Source: Chitinophagaceae bacterium (GTDB lineage Bacteria; Bacteroidota; Bacteroidia; Chitinophagales; Chitinophagaceae). Taken from it: a DNA stretch of 64,000 nucleotides. Location: NCBI GenBank assembly GCA_947375185.1, contig CANCEU010000001.1, positions 22,279 to 86,278 of the forward strand, read 5' to 3'. This document shows, in pieces, positions 50,846-61,034 of this stretch. A model generated the notes under the pieces. The model was given only the letters and a program-made list of their open reading frames with translations, had not been told where the DNA came from and ran no database searches. The translations under genes and the position numbers were made by a program. The stretch's first letter is position 1. The number at the start of each line of letters is the position of its first letter.

Positions 50846-52072
50846 ATGAAGCAATTTGAGGTGCCCACTGGATATCGTAGTCGCTTAATTACTGCCATTA
50901 AGCAGAAAAGAAAAGCAGATGATAAATTAAAGAAAGACTTTAGCCCTACGCTACTTGACCTAGGCCCTGTACAATTTTACTTAGCACGTCATTTTGGATT
51001 TTGCTACGGAGTTGAAAATGCAATTGATATCGCATATAAAACAATTGATGAAAACAAAGGGAAGCGTATTTTTTTATTAAGTGAAATGATTCACAACCCT
51101 CAAGTGAATGCCGATTTAATACAGAAAGGAGTTCGTTTTTTACACGATACATTAGGCAATGCTATAATTCCATTAAGCGAATTAAATGCGGATGATGTTG
51201 TAATGATCCCCGCATTTGGAACTACTTTAGAATTAGAACAAATCATAACAGATAAAGGAATTCAAATTCAAAAATATAACACTACTTGTCCATTCGTTGA
51301 AAAGGTATGGAACCGTAGCGAACAAATCGCAAAGAAAGGCTATTCTATTATTATTCATGGAAAACCAAAGCATGAAGAAACCCGTGCTACTTTTTCACAT
51401 GCTGCGGCCAATACGCCCACTCTTGTTGTAAATGACATGGAGGAGACAAAAATTTTAGGTGACTTTATTTTAGGGAAAATCAGTTTGAGCGAATTCAATA
51501 AAGTGTTTTATAATAGATGCTCTATCGGATTTAATCCTCAGCAGGATTTAATGAAAATTGGCGTCGTCAACCAAACGACCCAATTAGCTACTGACACACA
51601 AGCCATTTCGGACTATCTGAAAAATACCATAATAGTAAAATACGGCGCTGAAAATATTGAAGCACATTTTGCAGATACAAGGGACACACTTTGCTATGCA
51701 ACGAATGATAACCAATCTGCAGTAATTGGACTACTCAAAACATCAGCCGATATAGCCATTGTCATGGGAGGAAAAAATAGTAGTAATAGCTCACACTTGG
51801 TTGAACTATGCGAACAACAATTGCCTACTTATTTCATTGATGATGCAAGTAAAATTGTAAATGAAAAAGAACTCATTTCAACTGATTGGAAAAATAAAGA
51901 AGCATTCAAAATAGATAATTATCTTCCTAACAAAGAAGTGGTTCGAATATTAATGACAAGCGGTGCAAGCTGTCCAGATACAGTTGTAGAAGCATCGATA
52001 AGAAAAATTGCAAGCTATTTTAACAAAGAAGCATTACTTGAGGAGCTAACACTTAAATGGGAATCAGCTTAA
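50846..52072 (+). CDS. ispH: 4-hydroxy-3-methylbut-2-enyl diphosphate reductase
   Basis: FGFCYGVENAI, EMIHNP, TTCPFV, TLCYATNDNQ, GGKNSSNS, SGASCP. Confidence 0.93.
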   Translation: MKQFEVPTGYRSRLITAIKQKRKADDKLKKDFSPTLLDLGPVQFYLARHFGFCYGVENAIDIAYKTIDENKGKRIFLLSEMIHNPQVNADLIQKGVRFLHDTLGNAIIPLSELNADDVVMIPAFGTTLELEQIITDKGIQIQKYNTTCPFVEKVWNRSEQIAKKGYSIIIHGKPKHEETRATFSHAAANTPTLVVNDMEETKILGDFILGKISLSEFNKVFYNRCSIGFNPQQDLMKIGVVNQTTQLATDTQAISDYLKNTIIVKYGAENIEAHFADTRDTLCYATNDNQSAVIGLLKTSADIAIVMGGKNSSNSSHLVELCEQQLPTYFIDDASKIVNEKELISTDWKNKEAFKIDNYLPNKEVVRILMTSGASCPDTVVEASIRKIASYFNKEALLEELTLKWESA

Positions 52073-52750
52073 TACTATTCTTTCCTTTGCCCAATTTAAA
52101 GCGATTTCAAACTGAGTAGCCCTATCTATATGGGTATTGTCTAAAACCAGCGCATCCTCGGCTTGTTTAAGTGGACTATGTTCGCGTGTACTATCAATTA
52201 AATCGCGATGTTGTAAGTTTTCAGCTACTTCCTGCAATGTAATTGAAGGATTGGTTGCTTGCAATTCTAACAAGCGTCGATTTACTCTAACTGTAGGGTC
52301 GGCAGTGACAAATATTTTAAGTTCAGCATTAGGGAATACCACTGTACCAATATCCCTTCCGTCCATAACGATACCTTTTTCAATCCCCATTGCTTGCTGT
52401 TGAGCAACTGCAAAATCTCTTACGGCAGCAATAGCTGCTACCTCACTTACTTTTGAACTTACATGCATCTCACGGATAAAAGTTTCTACATTTTCTCCAT
52501 TTAATATCATGTCACTTTTTTCAGAAACTGAATTGTACTGAAATCGTAAATTTATTTTATTAAGCGCTTCTTTTATTTCTTGTTCATCATTAAAAGAAAT
52601 ATTATTCCTCAAAAAATACAAAGCAATTGCACGATACATTGCACCCGTATCTATAAAAACATACTCCAACTTCGCAGCCAAAGCTTTTGCCAAAGTACTT
52701 TTTCCACAAGAAGAAAAACCATCAATTGCTATGACTATTTTTTTTGACAT
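52064..52750 (-). CDS. cmk: Cytidylate kinase
   Basis: IAIDGFSSCGKST, DTGAMYR, MDGRDIGTVVFP. Confidence 0.96.
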   Translation of the reverse strand: MSKKIVIAIDGFSSCGKSTLAKALAAKLEYVFIDTGAMYRAIALYFLRNNISFNDEQEIKEALNKINLRFQYNSVSEKSDMILNGENVETFIREMHVSSKVSEVAAIAAVRDFAVAQQQAMGIEKGIVMDGRDIGTVVFPNAELKIFVTADPTVRVNRRLLELQATNPSITLQEVAENLQHRDLIDSTREHSPLKQAEDALVLDNTHIDRATQFEIALNWAKERIVLS

Positions 52751-52756
52751 ACTTAT

Positions 52757-53851
52757 TTATTGAGCAACATTAATAGTTTGGGTTTTTGGAAGGTTTGCAT
52801 TTCGGATTGCAATTTGACGAACGGCTTGCGATACAACATTTCTTAATGCCGCTTTAGAAATTTCATCTGATCCAACCATAGCTGGAACACCCGCATCGCC
52901 TCCCTCTCTAATAGATTGCACTAGCGGCACTTGGCCTAAAAATGCAAGGTCATATTCTTCTGCCAAATTCCTGCCGCCATCTTTCCCAAATAAATAATAT
53001 TTATTGTTCGGCAATTCTTCAGGGGTGAAATAAGCCATGTTTTCAATTAAACCAATCACAGGTACTTTTACATTTGCTTGACCAAACATTGCTATCGCTT
53101 TTTTAGCATCAGCCAATGCTACATTTTGCGGAGTAGTCACAATTACAACCCCCGTCACTGGTACAGTTTGCATAATTGTTAAATGGATATCACCAGTACC
53201 TGGTGGCATATCAATTACTAAATAATCTAACTCACCCCATTCAACATCAGTTATAAATTGCCTAATAGCGCTGCTAGCCATTGGACCTCTCCAAACTACG
53301 GCATCTTTTTCATCCACTAACAATCCTATACTCATTAAGCGAATGCCAAATTTTTCAATCGGCAAAATAATTCCTTCTCCATTTGCATCCTTCATTAATG
53401 GTCTTTGGCCTCTCACTCCGAACATAATTGGAACGCTTGGCCCATAAATATCCGCATCCATTAAACCTACTTTTGCACCACCTTCGGCCAATGCCAATGC
53501 AAGATTTGCAGAAACGGTACTTTTTCCAACACCCCCTTTCCCACTCACTACGGCAATTATATTTTTCACCTTCGACAAAATAGCATCATCCACTTTTCTT
53601 ACCGAAGTTGTATTTGAAGTAAAACCAACAGATACAACTGCTTCTTTATTCACCAATAATTTAATTGCATTTTCACAGGCATTCTTCATCATGTCTTTCA
53701 TAGGACATGCCGGCGTAGTAAGAACAATAATAAAGCTTACATTATTACCATCTACCTTTAAATCTTGAATCATATTTAAAGTCACTAAGTCTTTTCCTAA
53801 ATCCGGCTCCTGCACATTACTTAGCGCTTTGAGTACGTCTGCTTCTGTCAT
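52757..53851 (-). CDS. mrp: Mrp/NBP35/ApbC Fe-S cluster carrier ATPase
   Basis: TTPACP, SGKGGVGKST, DADIYGPS, WRGPM, DMPPGTGD, ENMAYF. Confidence 0.94.
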   Translation of the reverse strand: MTEADVLKALSNVQEPDLGKDLVTLNMIQDLKVDGNNVSFIIVLTTPACPMKDMMKNACENAIKLLVNKEAVVSVGFTSNTTSVRKVDDAILSKVKNIIAVVSGKGGVGKSTVSANLALALAEGGAKVGLMDADIYGPSVPIMFGVRGQRPLMKDANGEGIILPIEKFGIRLMSIGLLVDEKDAVVWRGPMASSAIRQFITDVEWGELDYLVIDMPPGTGDIHLTIMQTVPVTGVVIVTTPQNVALADAKKAIAMFGQANVKVPVIGLIENMAYFTPEELPNNKYYLFGKDGGRNLAEEYDLAFLGQVPLVQSIREGGDAGVPAMVGSDEISKAALRNVVSQAVRQIAIRNANLPKTQTINVAQ

Positions 53852-53953
53852 TTTGGAAGTTTTTGTTAAAAAGTTGAAAACACGGGCAAAGTTAATTGAT
53901 GCAGTCCTTATTTTAGCAAAAATTTCAAGCTTCTAGCGTAAATTTGCATTGAT

Positions 53954-54616
53954 ATGAAAAAGACGATAATTTTCCTTTCTATACTAACATTAGGCTTAAT
54001 CACAAACGCCTCCATTGCGCAGCAAACAATACAAAATAGCCCTAATATTTACCGCGATTCGGTAGTGCAATTATATGGTGTTGTTATGACTGCGGATAGC
54101 TTAAAGGCCATACCATATGCAAGTATTGTAGTTAATAAAAAAGGAAGAGGAACCATTACCAATAATGACGGGGTATTTTCCATTGCAGTAAATAAAGGGG
54201 AACACATTACTTTTACCTGTGTAGGATTTAAAGACAGAACTATTTTAATACCCAATAACCTTGTTGGTAACCAATATAGCGTCATCCAGCTTATGGTCAA
54301 TGATACCAATTTTTTACCGGCAACTATTTTAAAGCCAAGACCCACTCGTGCGCAATTTGATAGAGATTTTGTGAATGCGAAAGTAGATGATGATTTATAT
54401 GAAACGGCAAGAAAAAACACAAGTGAAAGTCAAAAAAGAATCATTTTAGCTTCATTGCCGCGAGACGGGAAAGAAGCAGTAGGCGCATCACTTACCAACC
54501 AAGCTTCTAAATATTATTACTCAGGTCAATTACCACCAATGAATATTTTGAACCCAGTTGCCTGGAAAAGCTTTATAGATTCTTGGAAACGCGGAGATTA
54601 CAAATCAAAAAATTAA
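53954..54616 (+). CDS. Carboxypeptidase-like regulatory domain (CarboxypepD_reg-like) exported protein
   Basis: Signal peptide, LYGVVM, GTITNNDGVFSI, FTCVGFK. Confidence 0.72.
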   Translation: MKKTIIFLSILTLGLITNASIAQQTIQNSPNIYRDSVVQLYGVVMTADSLKAIPYASIVVNKKGRGTITNNDGVFSIAVNKGEHITFTCVGFKDRTILIPNNLVGNQYSVIQLMVNDTNFLPATILKPRPTRAQFDRDFVNAKVDDDLYETARKNTSESQKRIILASLPRDGKEAVGASLTNQASKYYYSGQLPPMNILNPVAWKSFIDSWKRGDYKSKN

Positions 54617-54617
54617 C

Positions 54618-55463
54618 ATGAAAAAAATTGCTGTTGTTGGCGCTGGCACGATGGGAAATGGAATTGCGCATGTTTTTGCGCAAAAAGGATTTGCAGTAAA
54701 TTTAATTGATTCAAATGCTAGTGCACTCGAAAAAGCAATCAATACAATCGATAAAAATTTAGATCGCCAAGTAAATAAAGGCACAATAAACGCAGAAGAT
54801 AAAGTAATCGCGCTTCAGCAAATTACCACTTTCACCTCAATTGAAATAGGCGTCTCTGATGTTGATTTGGTAATTGAAGCGGCAACTGAAAATAGTGAAA
54901 TCAAAAAAAGCATTTTCAAACAAATAGATTCTTTTGCAAAACCCGAATGCATATTAGCGACCAACACTTCATCAATTTCAATAACACAGCTAGCAGCTGT
55001 CACCGCTCGACCAAGCAAGGTAATTGGCATGCATTTTATGAACCCAGTTCCTGTGATGAAATTGGTTGAAATCATAAACGGCAAAGAAACATCCGAAACT
55101 ACAAGTAACACTATCGTTGAACTAACTAATCAGCTTGGTAAAATACCTTGTGTTGTACAAGATGCTCCAGGATTTATTGCGAACCGTATTTTAATGCCGA
55201 TGATTAACGAAGCTATTCATGCTTTTTCCGAAGGCATTAGCGATGCTGCAACTATTGATCAAATTATGAAATTAGGCATGGCACACCCAATGGGGCCTTT
55301 GCAATTAGCCGATTATATTGGATTGGATGTATGCAAAAATATTCTTGACATCATGCACAATGGATTTAAAAACGACAAATATGCACCATGTCCTCTATTA
55401 ATCAAGATGGTTGAAGCTGGTAAATTAGGGGTAAAAACTGGAGAAGGGTTTTATAAATATTAG
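54618..55463 (+). CDS. hbd: 3-hydroxybutyryl-CoA dehydrogenase
   Basis: GAGTMGNGIA, EAATEN, TNTSSISIT, GMHFMNPVP, HPMGPLQLAD. Confidence 0.93.
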   Translation: MKKIAVVGAGTMGNGIAHVFAQKGFAVNLIDSNASALEKAINTIDKNLDRQVNKGTINAEDKVIALQQITTFTSIEIGVSDVDLVIEAATENSEIKKSIFKQIDSFAKPECILATNTSSISITQLAAVTARPSKVIGMHFMNPVPVMKLVEIINGKETSETTSNTIVELTNQLGKIPCVVQDAPGFIANRILMPMINEAIHAFSEGISDAATIDQIMKLGMAHPMGPLQLADYIGLDVCKNILDIMHNGFKNDKYAPCPLLIKMVEAGKLGVKTGEGFYKY

Positions 55464-55480
55464 CAGAAAAACTTGCGTAA

Positions 55481-56092
55481 TTACTCAATTAAGGCAGTTG
55501 AAAAACTAACCCCCTGCAAGTCCGTAATTTTATTAATAACTTCTTCGAGTCGATGTTTTGGAATGCCAATTTTTAACTCGACAAAAAGCTGTGCAAGCTG
55601 TTCAACAACCGAACAATTATATTGCTTCACAATCATCATAACTTCATTCATTTGATGATAATCAAAGTGGAGTGTATAATTTATCTCAACCGCCTTTTGA
55701 ACAATGGGAGACAATTGTAATGCTAGAGAAGTCGCAGTTTTATATGCATTAATTAAACCAGGCACCCCTAATAAAGTTCCCCCAAAATATCTAACCACTA
55801 CAACCAATATATTGGTTAATTGCTTACTATCAATTTGACCTAATATCGGCCTACCTGCCGAACCCGAGGGCTCACCATCATCACTTACTCTAAAAGTGCT
55901 TCCATCAATACCCATTCGATACGCTAAACAATGATGCACTGCTTTAGGATGCTCTTTTTTAAGAGTAGCTAAATGCTTTTTACACAAATCGATACTTGTA
56001 ACTGGAAAACTATATGCCAAAAATTTACTCCCCCTATCTTTGTATTCCGCAATAGCCGGTTGTTCAATTGTATTGTAAAAAAAAGGGTCCAT
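55481..56092 (-). CDS. YigZ / IMPACT family protein
   Basis: KDRGSKF, AVHHCLAY, SDDGEPSGSAG, VVRYFGGTLLGVPGL. Confidence 0.92.
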   Translation of the reverse strand: MDPFFYNTIEQPAIAEYKDRGSKFLAYSFPVTSIDLCKKHLATLKKEHPKAVHHCLAYRMGIDGSTFRVSDDGEPSGSAGRPILGQIDSKQLTNILVVVVRYFGGTLLGVPGLINAYKTATSLALQLSPIVQKAVEINYTLHFDYHQMNEVMMIVKQYNCSVVEQLAQLFVELKIGIPKHRLEEVINKITDLQGVSFSTALIE

Positions 56093-56162
56093 TTGACAAA
56101 TAAGATAAATAATAACTCGGCAAAGCTAACTCATAATGATCAATCATTTGTAACATTGCACT

Positions 56163-57020
56163 ATGACTTTACTGACACTCAAGCAACAATTCAAAACCGA
56201 ACTAGCCAAGCATTATGAAAATATTGAACTAACTAGCTTATTGTCCATATTATTTGAACACGTCACAGGTTGGAATCAAATTAATCAAGTCGTAAATAAG
56301 GATGAAGCCTTGTCACAAAGTCATATTGATGCATTACAAACCGCGTTACAAGAATTAAAAGAGGGTAAACCAATTCAATATATTACAGGTAAAGCCTGGT
56401 TTATGGGCAATGAATTAATGGTGAATGAAAATGTTTTAATCCCAAGGCCAGAAACAGAAGAATTGGTTGATTGGATAACTGAATACGCAAATATTATAGA
56501 TAAGCCATTACAAATTTTAGATATCGGCACTGGTTCTGGATGTATTGCCACAAGTTTAAAATTAGCCCTCTCCAATTGCATGATTGCTGGTCTTGATATT
56601 AGCGAAACGGCACTAACAGTTGCAAAAGCAAATGCAAATAAACTTAATGCAGAGGTTAGTTGGATGCAAGAAAATATTTTAGATACTACTTATCTGCCAA
56701 ATAAATTTGACATTATAGTAAGCAATCCTCCTTATATTCCCTTTAAAGAAAATGTAAATATGCAAGTACAGGTAAAAAACTTTGAGCCCAGTATTGCACT
56801 TTTTGTAACCAACGAGGATCCCCTAATTTTTTATAGAACTATTGCAAGATTAGGAAAACAATACTTAAATCCTAATGGACAATTGTTTTTTGAAATGCAT
56901 TATGATCAGGGAAAAGCATTGTTGGCATTATTTGACGAAATGGGCTACCATGCTGAGCTTCGTCAAGACATGTTTGGCAAAGACAGAATGCTCAGAGCAA
57001 GTCTTAAAAATAGGGCTTAA
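56163..57020 (+). CDS. prmC: Peptide chain release factor N5-glutamine methyltransferase
   Basis: PIQYITG, VLIPRPETEELV, LDIGTGSGCIA, VSNPPY. Confidence 0.95.
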   Translation: MTLLTLKQQFKTELAKHYENIELTSLLSILFEHVTGWNQINQVVNKDEALSQSHIDALQTALQELKEGKPIQYITGKAWFMGNELMVNENVLIPRPETEELVDWITEYANIIDKPLQILDIGTGSGCIATSLKLALSNCMIAGLDISETALTVAKANANKLNAEVSWMQENILDTTYLPNKFDIIVSNPPYIPFKENVNMQVQVKNFEPSIALFVTNEDPLIFYRTIARLGKQYLNPNGQLFFEMHYDQGKALLALFDEMGYHAELRQDMFGKDRMLRASLKNRA

Positions 57021-57048
57021 ATATACAATCGCGAAATACCTTGTTTCA

Positions 57049-57447
57049 CTAATGCGTAGGGTCAACTGCGACAACTGGAGTAGCCCCTAACTTTTTTATT
57101 ATTTGCATCACCTGAATGGTCACACCTAAATTAGCCACACTATCGCCATTGATTACTACAGATGGCTTATCTGTTTCTTTGTCTAAAAAAGTTTTCAATT
57201 GACCTGACAATGAATCAATACCAACTGGCGTTGACCCAATAAACAGATGCTGTTCTTTATCAATCGTAACTACAACAGTTTGCTTTGCTTTGGTATCACT
57301 TGCTGATTTCGGATTAGAAACTTTAATCACATTCGGATTTGCCAAGGTAGAAACTATTAAAAAGAATAATAGTAGGATGAACAATATATCATTCAATGCG
57401 CCGGTATGCACTTCGGGCTGATCTCTTAATCGCTTTCTTAAATTCAT
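57049..57447 (-). CDS. exbD: ExbD/TolR biopolymer transport protein
   Basis: LNDILFILLLFFLI TM with conserved Asp, periplasmic VINGD. Confidence 0.85.
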   Translation of the reverse strand: MNLRKRLRDQPEVHTGALNDILFILLLFFLIVSTLANPNVIKVSNPKSASDTKAKQTVVVTIDKEQHLFIGSTPVGIDSLSGQLKTFLDKETDKPSVVINGDSVANLGVTIQVMQIIKKLGATPVVAVDPTH

Positions 57448-57456
57448 GGTACTAAT

Positions 57457-58107
57457 TTATGAATGCGTTGTTTCTTGTAAAATATCTAAGAAATCAGCAC
57501 TCGCTGTTTCCATTTTATTTGCTGTTTTATCTATTTGAGTAGATAAATAATTATGTCCAACATAAGCAATCAAACCAATAATCAAACCAGTAGCAGAAGT
57601 AATCATTTTAGTATAAATACCGCCAGCAATGGTGTTTAATGTATACTCCCCAGTTGAAGCAATACCATAAAATAATTGCACCATTCCCACAATGGTTCCT
57701 AGGAATCCAAACATTGGCGCAATCCCTGCAACTAAAGACAAAATATTTAAATTTCTTTCCATTGAATACATTTCTAATCTTCCAACATTCTCCATACTTT
57801 TTTCAATAGCATCCAAAGGTTTGCCAATACGCATCACGCCTTTCTCTATCATTTTAGCAACAGGATTGTCTGTATTTTTTGCTAAACTTTTTGCAGCTGA
57901 AGTGTTGCCTGCCAGTAAATGATCCTTAATAATTAACATGAACTTAGGATCAATAGCACCCGCTTTTTTGATCGCCAATAATCTTTCAATAAAAACAAAA
58001 ATGGCAATTACAAGTAGTGTATACAATGGATACATAATCCATCCTCCTTTTTGCAACAAGCTTAATAATGAAATTTTATTTTCAGCAACATCTAACAAAA
58101 ACAACAT
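57457..58107 (-). CDS. exbB: MotA/TolQ/ExbB proton channel protein
   Basis: GGWIMYPL, IAPMFGFLGTIVGM, TSATGLIIG. Confidence 0.88.
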   Translation of the reverse strand: MLFLLDVAENKISLLSLLQKGGWIMYPLYTLLVIAIFVFIERLLAIKKAGAIDPKFMLIIKDHLLAGNTSAAKSLAKNTDNPVAKMIEKGVMRIGKPLDAIEKSMENVGRLEMYSMERNLNILSLVAGIAPMFGFLGTIVGMVQLFYGIASTGEYTLNTIAGGIYTKMITSATGLIIGLIAYVGHNYLSTQIDKTANKMETASADFLDILQETTHS

Positions 58108-58130
58108 ATCGTTTAATTTATTTTTTAAAG

Positions 58131-59417
58131 TTAAATTATTTCTACCAAATTCACCAATACTTCTACAGCCTTTACCATGTCTCTAACACCTATCCACTCC
58201 TGCTTGCTATGAATTGCCTGCATACCCGTAAAAATATTAGGTGTTGGAAGTCCCAAAAAACTCATTCTACTTCCGTCCGTCCCACCTCGAATTGGGCTAA
58301 TGATTGGCTTCACCCCAGCCTTTTCATAGGCCTTTATCGCGTTTTCAACTATAACTGGATATTGATCAATAATCTCTCGCATATTTCGGTATTGTTCTGT
58401 GATTTCCATTGTCAATTTGACTTTTGAAAAATCGGGATTTTCCGCTTTTACCTTTTCTGCTATTTGCAATAATTTATTCGCATGCTCTTTTAATTTAGCT
58501 GTGTCAAAATCGCGAATTAAAAACTCAATCCTTGCTTTTTCAGCACCCCCTTCAATATGATTAGGATGAATAAACCCTTCCCTATCCTGAGTATGCTCTG
58601 GACACCATTCTGACTTGGGCAATCTAGCCAATATTTCACCAGCAACTTTAATGGCATTTTGCATTACTCCTTTTGCTGCCCCAGGGTGCGCTATCACGCC
58701 CTCAATATGAAGTACAAGATAGTCAGCACTAAAAGTTTCCATCTCAAAACTGCCTAATTCACCCCCATCTAATGTATAGCCATAATTAGCGCCTAATTTG
58801 TTGAAATCCAAATGATCTGTTCCTCTTCCTACTTCTTCGTCAGGTGTAAACAAAATTTTTATAGCGCCATGTTCAATATTTTTATTACTCATTAAATACT
58901 GCGCCATCTCCATTATAATAGTAACACCGGCTTTATCATCAGCTCCTAATAATGTATTTCCTGAGGCTGTAATAATTTCAGATCCCACAAATTCTTTTAA
59001 ATAAGGATAAGCTTGAGTGGTAATTATTTGACTAGGATCCTCTGGCAATATTATTGGTGCGCCATTATATTTTGTATGAAGTATAGGCTGCACATTTGTT
59101 CCACTGCAATCTGGCGCCGTATCCACATGTGCGCAAAAACAAATTACTGGAACTTGCACTCCATTCGCATGATTTACTGACACATTCACTTCAGATAATG
59201 TAGATGGAATAGTTGCCATCACATATCCAAATTCATCCAAACAAGCATCTTCAATACCCATTGCCAGTAATTCTGTTACAAGCAAATTAGATAAGTCTTT
59301 TTGCTTTTCAGTGGAAGGGAAACTGCTACTACCCGGATCACTCTGCGTATCTATGCGAACATATCGCATAAATCGTTCAGCCACTTGTGATGTTTGCAAT
59401 TCCATAATCGATATCAT
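58131..59417 (-). CDS. pepT: Peptidase T (tripeptide aminopeptidase, M20)
   Basis: AHVDTAPD, LGADDKAG, FTPDEEVG, PIRGGTDG; ORF-track start 59492 runs through a terminator, so start moved to 59417 (59405 also possible). Confidence 0.93.
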   Translation of the reverse strand: MISIMELQTSQVAERFMRYVRIDTQSDPGSSSFPSTEKQKDLSNLLVTELLAMGIEDACLDEFGYVMATIPSTLSEVNVSVNHANGVQVPVICFCAHVDTAPDCSGTNVQPILHTKYNGAPIILPEDPSQIITTQAYPYLKEFVGSEIITASGNTLLGADDKAGVTIIMEMAQYLMSNKNIEHGAIKILFTPDEEVGRGTDHLDFNKLGANYGYTLDGGELGSFEMETFSADYLVLHIEGVIAHPGAAKGVMQNAIKVAGEILARLPKSEWCPEHTQDREGFIHPNHIEGGAEKARIEFLIRDFDTAKLKEHANKLLQIAEKVKAENPDFSKVKLTMEITEQYRNMREIIDQYPVIVENAIKAYEKAGVKPIISPIRGGTDGSRMSFLGLPTPNIFTGMQAIHSKQEWIGVRDMVKAVEVLVNLVEII

Positions 59418-59458
59418 TTTCGTTGTAAGAAAGATGAAGATAATTTGATTTTTCGAAT

Positions 59459-59490
59459 AAAAAAAGGCGTCCCATTTTTTGGAACGCCTC
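59459..59490 (-). terminator. Intrinsic terminator after the FKBP gene
   Basis: Minus-strand AGGCGTTCCA...TGGGACGCCT hairpin followed by a U tract. Confidence 0.75.
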
Positions 59491-59543
59491 AAGAAATTAT
59501 ACTTTGTATTATGAATATATAAAGTACATATTAAATGAATAGC

Positions 59544-59999
59544 CTAGAATTCAGTAATAATCTTAGAAGGTGTATCAATGCTTACCAATTCTAAATCAAA
59601 AGTTAAATCCTGACCAGCTAAAGGATGGTTAGCATCTAACACAACCACCTCTTCCTTCACTTCCACAACATTTACCTGAAATTGTTGACCTTGACCATTA
59701 TTCATTGTCAATGCCATACCTACTTCTGGATTTAAATCGGGAGGAAATTGAGTTTTTGGGAACTCAACAATCATTTCTGCTTGTTTTGGCCCATAAGCTT
59801 CCATAAATGGAATATTAACAGTTTTTTTATCACCTACTTTCATTCCCAATACTCCGTTATCAAAACCAGGAATAACCATCCCGCTTCCAACTTCGAATTC
59901 CAATGGTGCTCGGCCTGTTGAAGAATCGAAAACTTCACCATTAGTTAAAGTACCATGATAATGCACTTGAATGGTATCTCCTTTTGTTACTTGTTGCAT
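59544..59999 (-). CDS. FKBP-type peptidyl-prolyl isomerase (SlyD/FkpB-like, no His tail)
   Basis: VHYHGTL, FDSS, VIPGFD, LDANHPLAGQDLTFD. Confidence 0.92.
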   Translation of the reverse strand: MQQVTKGDTIQVHYHGTLTNGEVFDSSTGRAPLEFEVGSGMVIPGFDNGVLGMKVGDKKTVNIPFMEAYGPKQAEMIVEFPKTQFPPDLNPEVGMALTMNNGQGQQFQVNVVEVKEEVVVLDANHPLAGQDLTFDLELVSIDTPSKIITEF

Positions 60000-60077
60000 A
60001 TTGTATTTTTTAAATAAAGCGCCTAGGGCACAAAGGGCAAAAGTACATAATTATGCGAGATAAACTAACTTTGCACC

Positions 60078-61010
60078 ATGGACAATAAACCTAGGATTGT
60101 TTTTATGGGTACCCCGGCTTTTGCCGTGGCATCCTTAAGCGCATTATTAGAAGCGAAAATGAATGTAGTAGGAGTGGTTACCGCACCTGATAAGCCAGGT
60201 GGCAGGGGCATGCAGCTACAACAAAGTGCAGTAAAACAATTTGCACTTGCCCATAATTTACCGCTTTTGCAACCTGAAAAATTAAAAGCACCTGAGTTTT
60301 TTGAAGCACTTAGCGCATGGAAACCCGATTTGCAAATTGTGGTTGCATTTAGGATGTTGCCCGAAAAAATATGGTCCTTCCCTCCTATGGGGACATTGAA
60401 TGTACATGGTTCTTTACTACCACAATATCGTGGTGCAGCACCTATCAATTGGGCAATTTTAAATGGAGAAAAACAAACAGGAGTTACCACATTTCAATTG
60501 CAACATGCGATTGATACTGGCGATATTTTATTACAAGACAAAATAGCGATTACAGAAAATATGACTGCTGGTGAATTACATGATACTATGATGATAGTAG
60601 GTGCAAATTTATTAGTAAAGACTTTATACGGATTAATTGAAGGCACTATTAAATCAGTCCCACAAAGCAATGTTATAGAAGATCATCAAATTAAACACGC
60701 GCCTAAAATATTTACGAAAGATTGTGAAATTGATTTCGACAATAATGTTCAAAATATACATAACCATGTGCGCGGACTTGCTCCATTCCCAGGAGCCATC
60801 ACAAAAGTAGAAGGCAAAATTGTTAAATTATACAGCACCTTTATTGAACATGGAAATCCAAAAGAGGCTCCGGGAAGTTTTGTGACAGATGGTAAATCGT
60901 TTGCTAAATTTGCATGCAAGGATGGATATCTTGCTTTAAATGATATTCAATGGGAAGGCAAAAAAAGAATGGCTGTTGTAGATTTCTTGAGAGGGTACAG
61001 AAAACCTTAG
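60078..61010 (+). CDS. fmt: Methionyl-tRNA formyltransferase
   Basis: VFMGTPAFA, NVHGSLLPQYRGAAPINW, DTGDI. Confidence 0.96.
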   Translation: MDNKPRIVFMGTPAFAVASLSALLEAKMNVVGVVTAPDKPGGRGMQLQQSAVKQFALAHNLPLLQPEKLKAPEFFEALSAWKPDLQIVVAFRMLPEKIWSFPPMGTLNVHGSLLPQYRGAAPINWAILNGEKQTGVTTFQLQHAIDTGDILLQDKIAITENMTAGELHDTMMIVGANLLVKTLYGLIEGTIKSVPQSNVIEDHQIKHAPKIFTKDCEIDFDNNVQNIHNHVRGLAPFPGAITKVEGKIVKLYSTFIEHGNPKEAPGSFVTDGKSFAKFACKDGYLALNDIQWEGKKRMAVVDFLRGYRKP

Positions 61011-61034
61011 CCCAATTCAATTTATAAAGAAATA

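Noticed and set aside
59150-59210. Apparent insertion of about 10 aa in PepT (LSEVNVSVNHANGVQ)
   Set aside because: In frame, in a probably variable loop, catalytic motifs intact; cannot be judged without an alignment
6314-59492. Long N-terminal extensions in the ORF track (trmH, lipoprotein 10895, tsaC-like, PNP, sppA, ykgJ, gcvP, pepT)
   Set aside because: The extensions overlap divergent genes, promoters or terminators and precede the family-typical N-terminus; treated as first-start artefacts
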